Below are positions 28,673 through 44,561 of a stretch of 64,000 bases of DNA, in pieces (within the stretch, counting starts at the first letter, position 1; every line of letters begins with the position of its first letter). The translations under genes were made by a program, and so were the position numbers. This DNA comes from the human T2T-CHM13v2.0 reference genome, Homo sapiens, in the NCBI RefSeq assembly GCF_009914755.1, contig NC_060928.1. One strand, written 5' to 3'. Below the pieces are notes generated by a model that was given only the letters and a program-made list of their open reading frames with translations, made no database searches and had not been told where the DNA came from.

Positions 28673-29882
28673 TTAGTCTCACTAACTCTAAATCTGCATC
28701 AAGAAAAGCCTGCCTTCAAATTTTGTATGTATTCACTAGATTGAATATTTAATACATAAGAAGAAGAAATTGAATCGAGAGCAAAGACCATAAGAGGTTA
28801 AAGCCTGAACTGACAGGAGTTTACTTGGCAAGGGAAATTTGTTTGTTTTCTATCAAGTATCATTGGCACTCAGGATTAAAAGGAGGAAAGGGCTAATAGT
28901 AAAAAGTAATGTATGAATATTCTATGTCATTACCAAAAATATAAAAGAAACCTAGCAACCTCCTGTTAATGGTATGAAAGGATAAAGGTGTAGCAAGTCC
29001 TTCTGGCTTCTGTGTCAATTATGTACCATTTATTACAAACCTATTCATAATTTTAATTTGATTAATCTTTGCCCTTTATGTAAATTAAATTAGCTTTAGG
29101 GAACCAAAGAAAAATAATTTTATGTAGTGTTACTTTGATGCCTTACAGCTGAGACAAGGTATGGATGGAAATCCTAGAGAGAGAGCAGAAAAGCTTTTTC
29201 AGTGTGCTGGATAGTAAGTGTTTAAGTGTCAGCAAAAACACACATCCTGTTCTTAGATTTTTCCATCAATTCGAAGCAAGCACTCTATTAGTTGCTGGGA
29301 AACAGAAATAAATTAAACACAACCTGTTTCTTTCAAGAATCTCTCAATCTGTTGAGGAAGGCAGGCAAAATACAGAAATAACATTTACAATACAATGTGA
29401 TATACATTCTGTGCCCAATCCGTCATTTGTCAGATGGTACGAGTACAAATTCAGACAAAAGTTTAGTTTGATTCATATTTTATTTTAACAACATTGATTA
29501 TTTTAAGCATATAATGAGTAATTAGTTTAAGTCAACTCAAGGTAAAAATAAGCAACTTGCTGTTGAACTAAGTAACTAAGAATACTCCTTATTTTAATAT
29601 TTTAAACTCGTCAATTAAAAGAAAATTGCTTAGCTAAAAAAAAATTCTGCCAGTATAAAAGGACAACAAAAGAGGATGGCAGAATTGAAGTTCTAGAGCT
29701 AATCAGGTGTCAGTTGAAATTGAAGAAAAAAATTAAAAATGAAAAAGATGACAAAGCCAAGTGAAGCCAAAATGTGTGACTAGAGACATTGGGAGTTCCC
29801 AGCAAAGAAGTACTAACTTGCTATTTAACACTTCTATCTGATAGCTGATAATAAGCTATGACTGATAGGACTAATGACAAGA

Positions 29883-29918
29883 ACACACACAAACACACAC
29901 ACACACACACACACACAC
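29883..29918 (+). repeat. (CA)n microsatellite
   Basis: Direct observation. Confidence 0.95.
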
Positions 29919-30713
29919 CCCACACTCATTCCTGAAATAAAGATAGGATAAACAAAGCAAAACTGAGAAAAATAACATGTCATAGATTTGCTGAAAGAAT
30001 CAGTGTACACACACAAAAATTTGTTTTTAGTTCTAGTGGCACACTTCCTAGATTTATTCTTCAGAAAAAACTAGAAAGATGGATTTTCTTATGGTCTCTG
30101 GTACACCGTTATTTTGTTTATATTCTAAATTATAGAAATAAATATTGTAATATGAAATAATTTATCTACATGGCTTATAAAAAGCATGGTTTATTTTAAA
30201 AAATATATAGATACCAAATGCAAAGCCACTTACATGACTAGAAACAACTGAAGCACATAACATCTTTGAGTACACGTCATGCTGTTATAATTTGAAGTTT
30301 TGTGCAGTCCTTAAACATTCAGACTTTCTGATCTTGCAAAGGTCTACATGCATATCATAGTATATGAAGAATTTAATAAACATAAAAGTCACTGCTTCCT
30401 CCACCATATTGCACTTGATTGCAATCAGCATGTTACAGCCACAGTCTAATTATAAAACGTCAAATGTTTCATCAGCTTTTCTAGCATAGCTCTGTGCTGC
30501 ATCTGTGGTCACTGGCCCATTGAACATAAATTTTAACTCCTTTTATGTTCAATTGGAATCTGAATTACACAGTTGATGCTAAACTATACCAGAATTAAAA
30601 CTCCCTTGAAGATAACTTGTCTGATGAACTATTTTCAGGAACGTGATTTTCCAAACATTTCTTGCATTACTCATACCAATGAGTAATACTTTTGAAAAAG
30701 TAATTCTGCCTGT

Positions 30714-30745
30714 CTTAGAATTTCTAGAATTCTAGAAATTCTAAG
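30714..30745. repeat. Perfect 32-bp palindrome
   Basis: cttagaatttctagaattctagaaattctaag equals its own reverse complement. Confidence 0.97.
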
Positions 30746-30988
30746 GCATTAGAGAACAAAATAAAGGTTACAATGAGTTCATATTCTTTATTACTCTCAA
30801 AAATAATTATTTGAATAGACAAGAAATGGTTAACCAGGGGGAGTGGATTTTTGTATACATTAACAGAAAATACATTGAATACTATGGAGAGTTTTCTTTT
30901 TCTCCTGTTGCCCTATTCTACATTTTTAGAGACAACTGTTTTTATAAATTGGTTATGAACATATCCAATTCAGATATTCTCATATTTA

Positions 30989-31034
30989 ATGTATGTATGT
31001 ATGGATAGATAGATAGATAGACAGATAGATAGAT
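30989..31034 (+). repeat. (TATG)n(GATA)n tetranucleotide repeat
   Basis: Direct observation. Confidence 0.9.
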
Positions 31035-32970
31035 AATGTCAATTCATTTAACAAGCATTTACTGGCTGCCTATTGCATGTTGGATACTGGAGAAATAGCA
31101 AGAAAATCAATCAAGTCCCTGTATTTAGGGTGCTTTATGAGGGTGTCCAAATCTACTTAGGTGGTTGGTTAGTGACTGTTGTTACTATGTGGCTGGTATA
31201 TTTGCTTTTCTTTCTTTTTCTTTTATTTTTCCTAAGTAATTTCAACTTAAGTTTATCTCTTATAAGCTATATGGGTTTTATGTTTATATAGGAAATCTAT
31301 CTTTTGATTTGTCTATTACTTTTAAATAAAATTCTATTTTAACTTTTATTATGTTTAAACATTTGAATTTTTAAATTATATTTTAAACTTTTTATTTGAT
31401 TTCTTTGTCTTTGATTCATCTTCATTATTTTCCCTAGTAGATTTCCTTCCTTGTTTCTTTTTTGCCATCTGTGTGTTTGGTAGGTTTGAGGATTTTTGTT
31501 TTGTTTTGTTTTTTGTTTTACCTTTTTTGCACCATACTAACTTTGAAGTTGAATTTCTATTTTTATTGCAATGCTTACTCTTGTATTTTTAGAATATGTA
31601 TCTAAAACATCTAAAGTAATAAATATTGTTATCTGCCTTCCCCAAATTTAAAATTTACAGCCACATTGACTATCGTAATTTACTGCCTGCCCCCCATTCA
31701 TGAAGTCTTATCTTGTGTTTTAGTTCCTTTTTTGTTTCTGGTTACCATGAGTCATCTTATTTTTATAGTCAATACTTACTTAGATAGAACGTTTTCCTCA
31801 CAGTAGTTCATATCTTCAAGTGGAGCATCATTTTTGTTATCTTATCTTCTTTTTTTCCCTTGGGGCTTCCATAGGTCTAAGGTTGGGAATTTATCCCTAT
31901 AGTAGTTTATAATTTGCCCTTTCTGGAGGACCTGGATTTTATCTGTTATAAATAAATTTGTTTGTTAATTTTCTCAAGAGTCCTATATTATGGCAATAAC
32001 CAGAACAACTCTGACCTGCAACTCTGCACTATTAGTTTAGTACTATCTCTCTATACACATTGTTCCTTATGACTCTGGGATGGCTGTTATTTCTCCATGA
32101 CTTCAGGGGAATACAAGCCAGTAGATAAAGGGCTCCCCTTCCAATTATCAGGAGCTCCACTACTCTCACAGTGATTAGGAGAAGCGTGTTGTTGTTGAAT
32201 ATTACTTGCATTATCAGGTTTCTGAAGTAAATTGGTGGCTGGAAGTATTCTGTCTTAAAGTTTGATGTAAATAGAAATAAAATAATTAAATAATGGCATC
32301 TGGTTTTAGTTATCCCTATAAGTAGAATTGTACCGAATTTACCAGCTGATAATTTACTAAATCCAGGTTCCAGTTTCATTTCTACTACTATGTAACTCTG
32401 AAAACTTGATTGAGTTACTCAATGTTTCTGAGCACCATTTCTAGGAAATAAAAATTGTATCCAAAAAATCAGGAAAAAATGGAGAAATTTTCCCCAGTCT
32501 GATATAGTTACATGATAAAATCATATTGTCACAGAGTTTTATATGAGAGGGAGCTAGAAGTCATCTTATGATAGTCTTTCATTTACTAGGTGAATATTGT
32601 GAAGTTCTATGAAGCTGAAGGATCTGCTCAAATGTTAGTGAAAAAGTGAGGACTATCATTTTATCTTTTCTAAATCTTAGTATGGTAGTCTTTCCTCTGT
32701 ACTGTTGTTTCCCATCTTAAAAGCAATTCATCATAATGTGTACAAAATTATAATGTCAAACCTTCATTGAGCATTATTTGTCCCTGCAGAGCTAACCCCT
32801 TGTTTTGCAAATGCATACATGCTTATAGGTACCTACTATGCAAATTACATGCAGTAAAATTCCAATTCCCTGTAAGAATTAAGTACACAATTTTCATTTT
32901 GTGTTAAATGAAACTCTAGTATTCTATATGGCATTTCTTTAGTGGATTTAAGTCTTATGGAAATACAACA

Positions 32971-33530
<560 letters not shown>

Positions 33531-33740
33531 ATATATGGCATGAGTATTTCTGGATTTAGCTTCTCTATCTTCTCATATCTCAGTCTCAACCATTCTTTAA
33601 AAGGTTATCTGTTTTACTAGTATCCATCTAAAATCACAAAGAAAAATAAAAACATTTTTATTACTGTCTTTTCTGCTAAAACATTTTACTTCTCAGATCT
33701 TAATAATTAACTATATTCACGTGGCTACAGGTAATCATAC

Positions 33741-34239
33741 TATAGGTCAGGAAAACTCTATCTCTTTTCATTTTTAGGGTCTTGACTTGGCCTAAAACTT
33801 AAATTGGCATATGATAGTCAATTAACAGAAGAAAAACACACAAAATTAATAGAAGTTTTATGTGACATAGAAGTCCCCATAATGACATGAACACCCATTG
33901 AATAAATAAAATACAAATGTTTTATATTAGGTTGAACAAAGAGAGGCAATTTTGGACAAGGAACTAAATTATGTGGGGAGGCTAAAGGAAAATAAGAATC
34001 ATTTTAAACAAGGTCTCTTTGTACACAATGCTCTTGGCTATGACTCCAGGTCAAAGAATATTTCTATCCCTAAAACAAGAAGAACATCTTTCTCATAGGA
34101 GTTTTTAATCTCCTGTTTTCAGGAAGAAAAAGGAAGAATAGAATTCCCTTATTACATCTGCTGTTTATCAAGTGTCTAGCTCAAAATAATCCTTACTCCA
34201 AAATGGCATATTTTAGAGGGCACATTCTGCCGCCCTTCA
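33741..34239 (-). mobile_element. MER34-family ERV1 solo LTR
   Basis: Minus strand starts tgaagggcggcagaatgtgccctctaaaatatgccattttggagtaaggattattttgagct. Confidence 0.75.
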
Positions 34240-34669
34240 GTAGTATCCTTTCACCTACTCCAGGTCAATCAATTCTTTTGCGTTCTTTATGACAATAAGG
34301 ATTTGACTTTTTCAACATAAATATTTAAATACGTGTCAGTTTTGGAAGTGTGAACTATAGAAAGGCAAAAGAAAAGAAATATAAAAGGCAAAAACAAAAA
34401 AATCACCTGTAAACTTTATGTCCAGGATCACTACATTCACTCTGGTTGCCTCTGTATTAATTTTTTATTAGTACAAAGGCTATACATGTCTGTGAATTTG
34501 CATATGGGCTTTACACATCTACTAGTTTTCTGCATAATTATTTGTTAAATGGCAGCATGGTAAATGTATTATTCAGAAGCTGCTCTTTTATTTTAATAAT
34601 AGCCTGAGACTGTTTCCCACTTCTGCATTATGACAGTATCTCCTATTAAAATCTATAATGATCGGTATG

Positions 34670-34796
34670 GTTTATTATGCTTTGTCTATTGTCTGTCTCA
34701 CCTGCTAAAATGTAAGTTCTGTCAGGGCAGGGACCCAGTGCAGAGTCACTGCTGGCAAACTGTGGGCTCTCAATAAATATTTGTTTAATTAAATAA
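34670..34796 (+). mobile_element. L2 3' end
   Basis: ttgtctgtctc..ctaaaatgtaagttctgtcagggcaggga...ctcaataaatatttgtt. Confidence 0.85.
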
Positions 34797-37364
34797 CATG
34801 ACTGACATATTAAGATAATTTGGGATTCAACCAAGTTGTGTGAAGTAAAAGGGGATCTATGTTATTAATCAATAAGCACATATTAGCTACAATCCCCCAC
34901 AAGAAAAACTGTAGTTTTGCTGATATAGAATTTTGTTAAGACATTTAAATATATTAATAGAAAAATTAAGTATGTATTTTTAGGCACCGGGATTGTTGAA
35001 GTAGACTGTCAAAACACAGTTACAGATAACAGTTCATAATAGAGGACATGTGTTTTCATATTGTCACTTGCTTTATTGAAAATAAATTTCATTAAGTTCC
35101 CATGTCCTGTATTTCCAGTTTTGATCATTAATATATATTTGTTACTGTCAACTTTATTAAGATGTTAGCCTACCTTTCTGAATATAAAGCTTAGCTATAA
35201 TCCCATGTAGTTTTCTTGCATTTTAATGTATTTGCTTCATTATGCAAATTTTGGTTTCTAAACATGAATATTTTTGCAAGCAAAATTCCAGCATAAAGGA
35301 ACAATACCCCATTATGCAAAATGTTGAGGATTCTCATTATCGCTTAAGGTACAGAATAAAATGTCAATATGCTAAACAAATGACCATGGGTTTGGCCATG
35401 AAATTTGTTAAAGGCAATTTGTTCAATTGACTTCTTATTTATGAGTTCATCCTCGATGTGTGCGGGTGCACATAAATTCTGAAAGCATATGTGAAGTACA
35501 TAACGTGTGTTACATTTTTTAGAAAATCAGTTAGCCTATGAGGAATTTTTGTTTTCATCTTTCCCTGAGAGGTGCCAATTCTATCATTCAGTGTCTTTAA
35601 ACATTTTGTGGTTTCTAGAAAAGTTATACTACACAAACCCTAAGCAATAATTTATGACGAAAAGAAACATTCCCAGCTTGCTGGAAAAATAGAATAGACA
35701 GTAAAAAAATAAAAGTATGCCTATCAACAAAGCATATAAGCATTGCAGGGGAGATCTCTAAGAAATAATACTGATCCCTTGGGTGATGCCAGAGAGTAAC
35801 TCTAAGAGCTGTTTTTTGCAGAGCAGCCAGAAAATAACCATGAAAACAATCCTCGAATACCTGAATCAGCAGCAATTTTACTCCATGCTTCTGCAAATAA
35901 CAGAGACTTTTAATAGCATTGTGAATAAACTTCTCCATCTACTGGCTGAAGGTCAAATTTTGATCTTTATTACTTATAAGAAACGTATTTATTTGTATGT
36001 CTGTAGGCATACTTTTTTCATGATGAATGTATGATCAACTAAAGGAATAACTTACTCTCTTTAAATCATAACATGGTATGACTCAAAGAATCACAAAAAA
36101 TTTTGAAAACAGTATTATTACATTACAGTATAAATTAAGCCAACAATTTATATTTTTTGAAAGCCATTAATTTTATTATTATCATGATTAAGTACAATTC
36201 TGAGTATTTCTTAAAATATAATATATTTCATTTGGCTATTGAGAAATTTTTAAATTTGCTGATATGTAGAAAGATAATCTCTACTTGATTGTTTTCATAC
36301 GCAGTTGTGGTATTACACACTAGAGATCCATTAAGTCTTTGCTCCATCTGTTTTCAAAACATCACTCAATTTGACAGACTCTTAAACTATGACTTAGAAA
36401 TCAGATTAGGAAATTAATAGCAACCAAAAACGTATTGTTAGCCAGAATTTAGCAGCCTCAATTTAGTAAGGAAAGTTATCTGGCCATCCAAAAATGGTAC
36501 TGAATAAAAGAGAACATAAGGCACTGATCCTCCCAGCAAAATCTTGGATCCTAAGAATTTTACAAGCCTTATAACCTAGTATGTCAACTATTTATATGTT
36601 TCTTTTACAAATTTCCTATGCATGTTATATCTCACCTGCCTTAAACAACACATCCTTGCCCTTCTCACCAATCCTAAGTGTCTGAAACTATGAATTATCA
36701 ATCATTTGAAGACCTTAGCTGCCAGCTCGAAGTGCTCTTACATTTCACACCAGTATTAGCTAATAGAAATGTGAGCATAATGCTTATTCTGACTTATCTT
36801 GATTATGCTATCCAATCAAGATGTATTTCTGATTCTTTCTTATAATTTAGAATTACTTTACATAGTAACTGTCTAGATGGACATAAAACAGCCCTGCAGG
36901 AGGTTGTTATAGTAGATGTTTTCTATATAAATTTTTTGCTTCTGTGGCCACAGTATGATTGCTAATTTACACAGTGAGGTCTCCATAGCTAAGGCTTGTC
37001 TATCAATAGTCAACAGCTCATGTATCAAGTTTACCCTTCACCCCAGCTCCCACATATGCTGTAAAGCTTATTTGTTAGATAGCAGAAAGCATCAGTTTAT
37101 ATTATTCTGCATTTTTAAACTGCATCAGATTCAAATAGAAACTGTTTATTGTAAGAAGTTCATAATTTCAAACATAAGAAAAATACATACACACATATAC
37201 ATATAATATCCATTTTCAGTATATCTATATAACAGACCAGTTCTTTTCTCCTTAAATATTATTTTCTAATTCATGTTCATGTAATACACCTACACACTGG
37301 ACTCCTCAGTCTGGGTCTGGTTAAAAATAAGTTCAATGAGAGTGTTACATTGTATGCGCTGCTT

Positions 37365-37451
37365 TGACCTGTAGGACATATTGAAGCCATGACCTATGGG
37401 ACATATCTTGCAGCCATGACCTATGGGACATATCTTCTCTCTCTCTCTCTA
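37365..37451 (+). repeat. ~27-bp tandem repeat (2.7 units) followed by (CT)n
   Basis: tgacctgtaggacatattgaagcca / tgacctatgggacatatcttgcagcca / tgacctatgggacatatctt. Confidence 0.9.
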
Positions 37452-38298
37452 GGTCCCTTTTCTCCTCTGGTTTCCTGAGGCTCCTAGAGGTGTGTCATTG
37501 CACTCACAATCCACTCCAGTATGCCATTTCAAGCTGCTCTTTTACACTGCTCCTGCTTATCTCTGGGCCTCTGTTTTGTGTCATCTTAAAGCTGCTGCCA
37601 CCGCCAAGCCCTGGTTTTCGCCCAAGTCACCGGGGGATGCTTCCAATCACCATTTCTAATTATAATTTTACTGCTGGAGTTTTATTCCAGAAATCTGAGA
37701 TCTTCCTCTTAAAACTGCTCATGAAATCACCTCTGCATCATTCCACAGGATGCTGCTTGCCACAGATCACCAGCAAACACTTGTTGCTCACTTCATTATC
37801 TGACAGAATACCACTGTCCATACCCTTCTCATGGACCACAAAATATCACACCATTGAGATTTAAAACACACACAATTCCTCTTTTCCTTAACATACACAT
37901 ACTGTGAGAATGGTTGGGGCAGAACAAAGCAAGTAACTGCCACAAACTGCACAGAGCTATTTGTTGAATAAGGCTCTCAGAACCTGGTCCTGTGACTAGC
38001 TAATTTCTTATGCCAGAGTCTTTTCTCCCTAGGAATTTTCATACAGAAATCCTGAAGAACTCACCCCCATACCTTTACTGGGCCCACCACCAATACAAGC
38101 CCACTAAGCATCTCCTCATTTCTGTCAACTCCAAATAGTCAGCTCTCTTGGAATCTTTCTTTAAGGTTTTTCCTCAGTCCCCATATAATTCAGTGGAAAC
38201 TGATTTTTGAAGAGACATAGTGCCAGCCTTGCATACTCAATGTCTGCTATAAATATAATTATTTTATAAGTTTATAATTATTGTAGTTATGTGTGGTT

Positions 38299-38337
38299 AA
38301 CATGTAGTTTCTAAGAGGAACATGTAGTTTCTAAGAG
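38299..38337 (+). repeat. 20-bp period perfect tandem duplication
   Basis: aacatgtagtttctaagag twice. Confidence 0.95.
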
Positions 38338-38546
38338 ATGGGTTTTTCAAACTGAATAAACCAGAGGATGACCTATAAATATTACCACTGTGGGATGAAA
38401 AGATTTTAGAAACAAATTCTAATAAATGCTAAGAGAGAAGAGAAATGAGTTACATGAGTAGAATGGTAGTGAAGGGGCTACTTTAGATTTGGGGCAGGGA
38501 CAGAAAAATCTTTTTGAGAAAGTGTTCTTTTAGCCAAGTCCCCTTT

Positions 38547-38851
38547 AGTCAGTAAAGAGTGCAGCAATGATGTTGCATAGAAAGGAAATAGTATGTGAAT
38601 ATTTGTGGATGTAAAACAACCCTTGGTGGATTCAAGGAATTAAAATAATAGATAAGTGGCTAAAATAAATTGAGTAACAGGTCACAATGGAACAGGATGA
38701 AGTTGGTCCCTGGGCAGTAGGGAGAAGAGGATCAGTGGAGGTATACGACATAATAAAAGATACATTGTAAAGGGAAGAAAATAGAGATATATTTTTAAGC
38801 ATACTCACCTAATAATTTTAAAATATTAATAATGTCTTATAGTACAATGTA
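38547..38851 (+). repeat. Putative donor copy of ~300-bp dispersed duplication (partner 49838-50134)
   Basis: Shared blocks agtcagtaaaga, gaaatagtatgt, ttcaagga.ttaaaataatagataagtgg, taataattttaaaata. Confidence 0.85.
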
Positions 38852-39668
38852 AAAACATGTTGTATTTTAACTGTGGAAGAGAGAGTTAAGAAAAGAAGTT
38901 GCAGTTGTGTATACTTAAGCTATGTTATAAAATAAATAAAGTTCTGATTCCATAAATGCATTAGGTCCTTCTCAATCTACTATTTGGCATATGACATTAA
39001 AATATTTGTTTACTGGACCCATTATTTAACTTTGGAAACTACCTAAAGAACACATCCAGTGATATTAGAGACAATTCTTTCACATGAGCATGAATTTTAG
39101 GTGACTATGCCAAAAAGAGTTTGACATCTGGTTACCATTCTATCTATATAGATGACATAGATTGATAATGCAAAATAATAAAAAAGTAAGATCTTAGAAG
39201 GAAATGGCTAAGAGAAATAAAGTCATGAAAAAGAAAATATATATTCTAAGCTTGTTTCAAATAGCTCCAACTCATCAGTAAAGAAAAGCAAAATAAAACC
39301 ACGAGATAAAGTTTGTTTTAAAAAACAAGTTTTAAAAAGATTTTTTTCCGTGATGGCAGGAATAGAGGAATACTCGTATCCTGATGAATTGTAATTTGCT
39401 AAACCATTTTTAGACAGCTAGCTCACAATATATGGCAAGAACCATAAAATATATTTTCCAACATTATTTATGCAAGATAAAAACAAAATGAACGCAGAGA
39501 TTTACACATGAAGACTTTCAGTATTGTAGGTCCCTTAGGATTAGCTATCAACGTCAGGAGGAGTGTTTTGGACATTTATAAACAGTTTCAGAAGAAAGGA
39601 AAAGTGGAGCAGATAGGGACTTGAAACAATTCAAGAGTTGTTGAAAGAAGATTTTGAAAAATCCAGGG

Positions 39669-39817
39669 CAGTGTTTGTGAAACGTGAACATGCCTAGGAA
39701 TCACCTTGGGATCTTGTTAAAAGGTGGATTCTGATTCAATAGGTCTGGGCAGAGTCTGAGAGTCTCTAACAAGCTCCCACGTGATGCTGCTGCTGTTCTC
39801 CCTACACTTGGGTAGCA
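39669..39817. mobile_element. MER5A/B (hAT-Charlie MITE)
   Basis: gaatcaccttgggatcttgttaaaa..gattctgattcaataggtctggg, taacaagctcccacgtgatgctg. Confidence 0.85.
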
Positions 39818-39870
39818 CACTTCATGGGGGACGGCTGTGACACTACCTCTTATGCCTACATGCCTTTTCC

Positions 39871-40299
<429 letters not shown>

Positions 40300-40607
40300 T
40301 GAAGATCATAACTGAAGTGTTATGTTTGTCAGACAGGGGAATATGAGTCAAAGACGTTGTTTAGCTTTAAAATAATAAAACCATTGCCATGGAGTTTGTA
40401 AATGTAGACTGAGCTTTCTCCAGGTGTTGTCTGTGGTGATTGCATAGCTGTCATGCCCACACTCACATGTGAGCTTCTCCCTGGAGACAACTGCATTCAT
40501 GAATGAGAAGCCATTTGCCTTACTGATGTTTCATCATTTGAGTTTACTTTCATTTATGTAAGAATGAGTAACGAAGAAAAGATAGCTCAGAAGTTTCAGA
40601 AATGCAA

Positions 40608-40909
40608 TTTTTTCTTTCTTTTTTCTAAGACAGGGTTGAGCTCTGACGCTGAGGCTGGAGTACAGTAGTGAGATGTCAGCTCACTGCAACCTCTGCCTCT
40701 TGGGCTGGAGTGCTCCTCCCAGCTCAGCCTCCCAAGTAGCTGGGATTACAGGCACCCACCACGACGACAAGCTAGCTTTAGTATTTTTTTGTAGAGGCGG
40801 GGTTTTGCCATGCTGCCCAGTTTGGTCTCGAACTCTTGGCCTCATGCAGTCTGCCCGCATCAGCCTCCCAAAGTGCTGGGATTACAGGCGTGAGCCACCG
40901 TGCCAGACC
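40608..40909 (-). mobile_element. AluJ (Jb-like)
   Basis: Diverged full Alu; TSD gaaatgcaa. Confidence 0.92.
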
Positions 40910-42211
40910 GGAAATGCAACTCTTTATAAAGTGTCTTGGGGAAGCAGTCAAATGATTACTTGGAGCAAGGATAAAAGAATTACAACATTATAATGAGTGA
41001 AAGGATGTTTTAAATCACTATAATTTGTTCACACAGAAATGGATTCCTAAAGTTATACATAAAAATTGCCTTCAAGTTATAGCTAGAGTTCACATCCGCT
41101 TATTGACACCAACCCCTAAACAACGTGCTGACCATTTCCATCGTTGTGTGGAGACTTTATTCTAAAACTTTAATATACAGCTTTGACATCTGAAGAGATT
41201 TTGGAAAGAAGAGCGGAAACTCGTAGTAAAAGGGCTTACTGTTTTACCTCATTGCTTTTAAGAAGGCCTCTTACAAGTCTTTACACGAACTATGATATTG
41301 CATCTCTGTGCTCAAAGAAAATGATTGGAAATGAATCAAAATTGGAGTCACAAACCAAAAATTGGAGTCGATCATATTCCTAAACCAAGGGCCTAAGTAT
41401 TAGGGATTTTAATTTGAATTAACATGCAGATATCTTTTTAATGTTTTTAAGATATTCAGTAAATATTTGCAACTTCTGTTTTGTTTTCATTTAGTTACAA
41501 AAAAAGATGAAGTCAATGTTAACTCACTGAAGAGCAAGCATTACTAAAATGCCACGTTTAAAATCATTTTACATAAAAACTATTATTAAGATCTAATTTA
41601 GAATGATGTGTTTACTCTGAATTTTGCATAAATTGCCACGCTGGTTTGTCACGGTGCTTTGATCGTTTGTCTACTAGATATTGTTCTCACAGACCATACA
41701 GGCTGATACATTTGTGAATTTAATCATCTTGTACAATACAAAACGTATGGTCACACATTCACAGTAACTGAATTCAGATGTAGCAAATGCTGACAAAAAG
41801 CTCCTGAGGATCTTTCATGACCTAGGAATTAAACCTAATCATCAAACAATGCTTGCAGACTCATCAAAGTACAATACTCTGCCACCAGGCCTCTTGACCT
41901 TTCAAGGAGGCGTTGCCAAAAGGCGGCTGAGGCTGCCCGGGAACATTTAAATGAAGATTTTGAAGAAGATTGAACCTAATGTTAGGAGATTATCTCTTTA
42001 TTATCTGGCACAAAGCAATTGTGTTGTGGTTTTTGAGGTTTTTCTTCTTTTTTTTTTTCATTTTCAGAGTACTTTATTACAATTAGGAAATTACTACTCA
42101 CTGCTTCTTGTGTGTTAAATAAAAATCATGCTCATTTTACATAAAAAATCACATGAGTTTTTTTTTTTTTTCGTTTTCCATAACTAAAATGAAACCCTGT
42201 AAAGGGAGTAA

Positions 42212-42568
<357 letters not shown>

Positions 42569-42869
42569 TGATGACTTGCTCATTTGTGAGGTGTTTTGCT
42601 TCTCAAAAGGAAATTTTCTTTTTGCTGGGTCTCAAAGCCATGGTACATGAATATGCTTCCTCTCACGTAGTCAGTACTGAAAACTGGCAGGCATACTTCG
42701 GTAATACCAAGCAAGGAGACTGCAAGTACCATTCTCCAGGCACATACAACATGAAATATCATACAGCTGTGAAAGATCTGGTGGAAAGCTGGAATCTTGA
42801 GGAAGAAACATTTTTTGAAAATTATTTCTCTCTCTAAGTCAGTAAATGTTTGATATAATTCTGAGTGCA

Positions 42870-43533
<664 letters not shown>

Positions 43534-43984
43534 ATACATAATCATCTATATCTACAGCATATTTTCTACCAGATTTTAATGCCACTAGCTTAAAAATGCA
43601 AACTAGCATTATGAAATGTTGGCCAATATTAGTTACTATTTATGGAATGAATGTTTAAGTATATTTTAATGTTCAAGCAGTATTTAATAATCATCTTTAC
43701 CTATTATGTAATTCTGACAAGTAAATTAATATTACTCATTAGATCAGAGTTTAGATTACTGAGATATTTTACTCTTCGCTTATTTTTTGAATTCTGTACT
43801 ATAAAATGTAAATAGAATTCTGACCACACTACTCCATTTTCTAACCTTTCTTACTTTCCATTCTCCTTTTGCTCTTATCTAGTAGTAAGCTTTTTAAATG
43901 AAATAGCAAGCCCCAACCAGACATGTGATCATATAAGTTTACCAAATTAATATTTACATACTTCAAAAGATAATTTTTACCTTT

Positions 43985-44360
43985 TGCAAGGCTCTTGTAT
44001 CGGTTGGAACCCCGAGAACGTGCCAACAGACAACAGGAGGCGGTGTGGAGCTACAGGCTGTTTTAACGAGCGCCTGGGTGCAGATGGGCTGAGGCCTAAA
44101 ATGGCGTCAGCGTCAAGTGAGGACGGGGCAGGGGTTTTATAGTCCTCTGTAAACAGGAAGTGTCCGAGTCTGAAGTGACTGCTACGTAGTACCTTGACAG
44201 CTTCCTTTTCGATCTTCAGCGGGTATGTGTCTCTCGGCCAGCTTTCTTCCTGTTTCTGCTATCTTCCTGGGGCAAGTGGCCTTGAGCCTTGGGGCTGGGC
44301 CTGAGGAGGGAGGAGATATCCATTCCCTTAAGCTTTCAGGCCCCGGGGGAGAATCTTTCA
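43985..44360 (-). mobile_element. LTR18A-like ERVL solo LTR
   Basis: 376 bp TG..CA element with perfect 5-bp TSD ccttt (43980-43984, 44361-44365); minus strand starts tgaaagattctcccccggggcctgaaagcttaagggaatg. Confidence 0.8.
44098..44162 (-). promoter_or_regulatory. LTR core promoter motifs
   Basis: TATA ctataaaa (minus, 44135-44142), YY1 aaaatggcg (44098-44106), two gcgtca CRE half-sites, FOX:ETS-like tgtaaacaggaagtg (44148-44162). Confidence 0.5.
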
Positions 44361-44523
44361 CCTTTGAAATGCCTGAGGAAAAAACTATCTTTTTAAAATT
44401 TTATGGATTTAAACATTTTCTGCGTGATTTTGATTTGATTCCACACTGAAAATGTTTTCTACAGGAAACTGTAGAGCGTTTAGATCAAATGCTTTTTCCA
44501 CCTAGGCAGATATTTGACTTTAA

Positions 44524-44529
44524 ATATAC

Positions 44530-44561
<32 letters not shown>

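Noticed and set aside
35860-35889. Possible 30-nt minus-strand microexon (tttgcag|...cag|gtattc)
   Set aside because: Weak donor and no other support.
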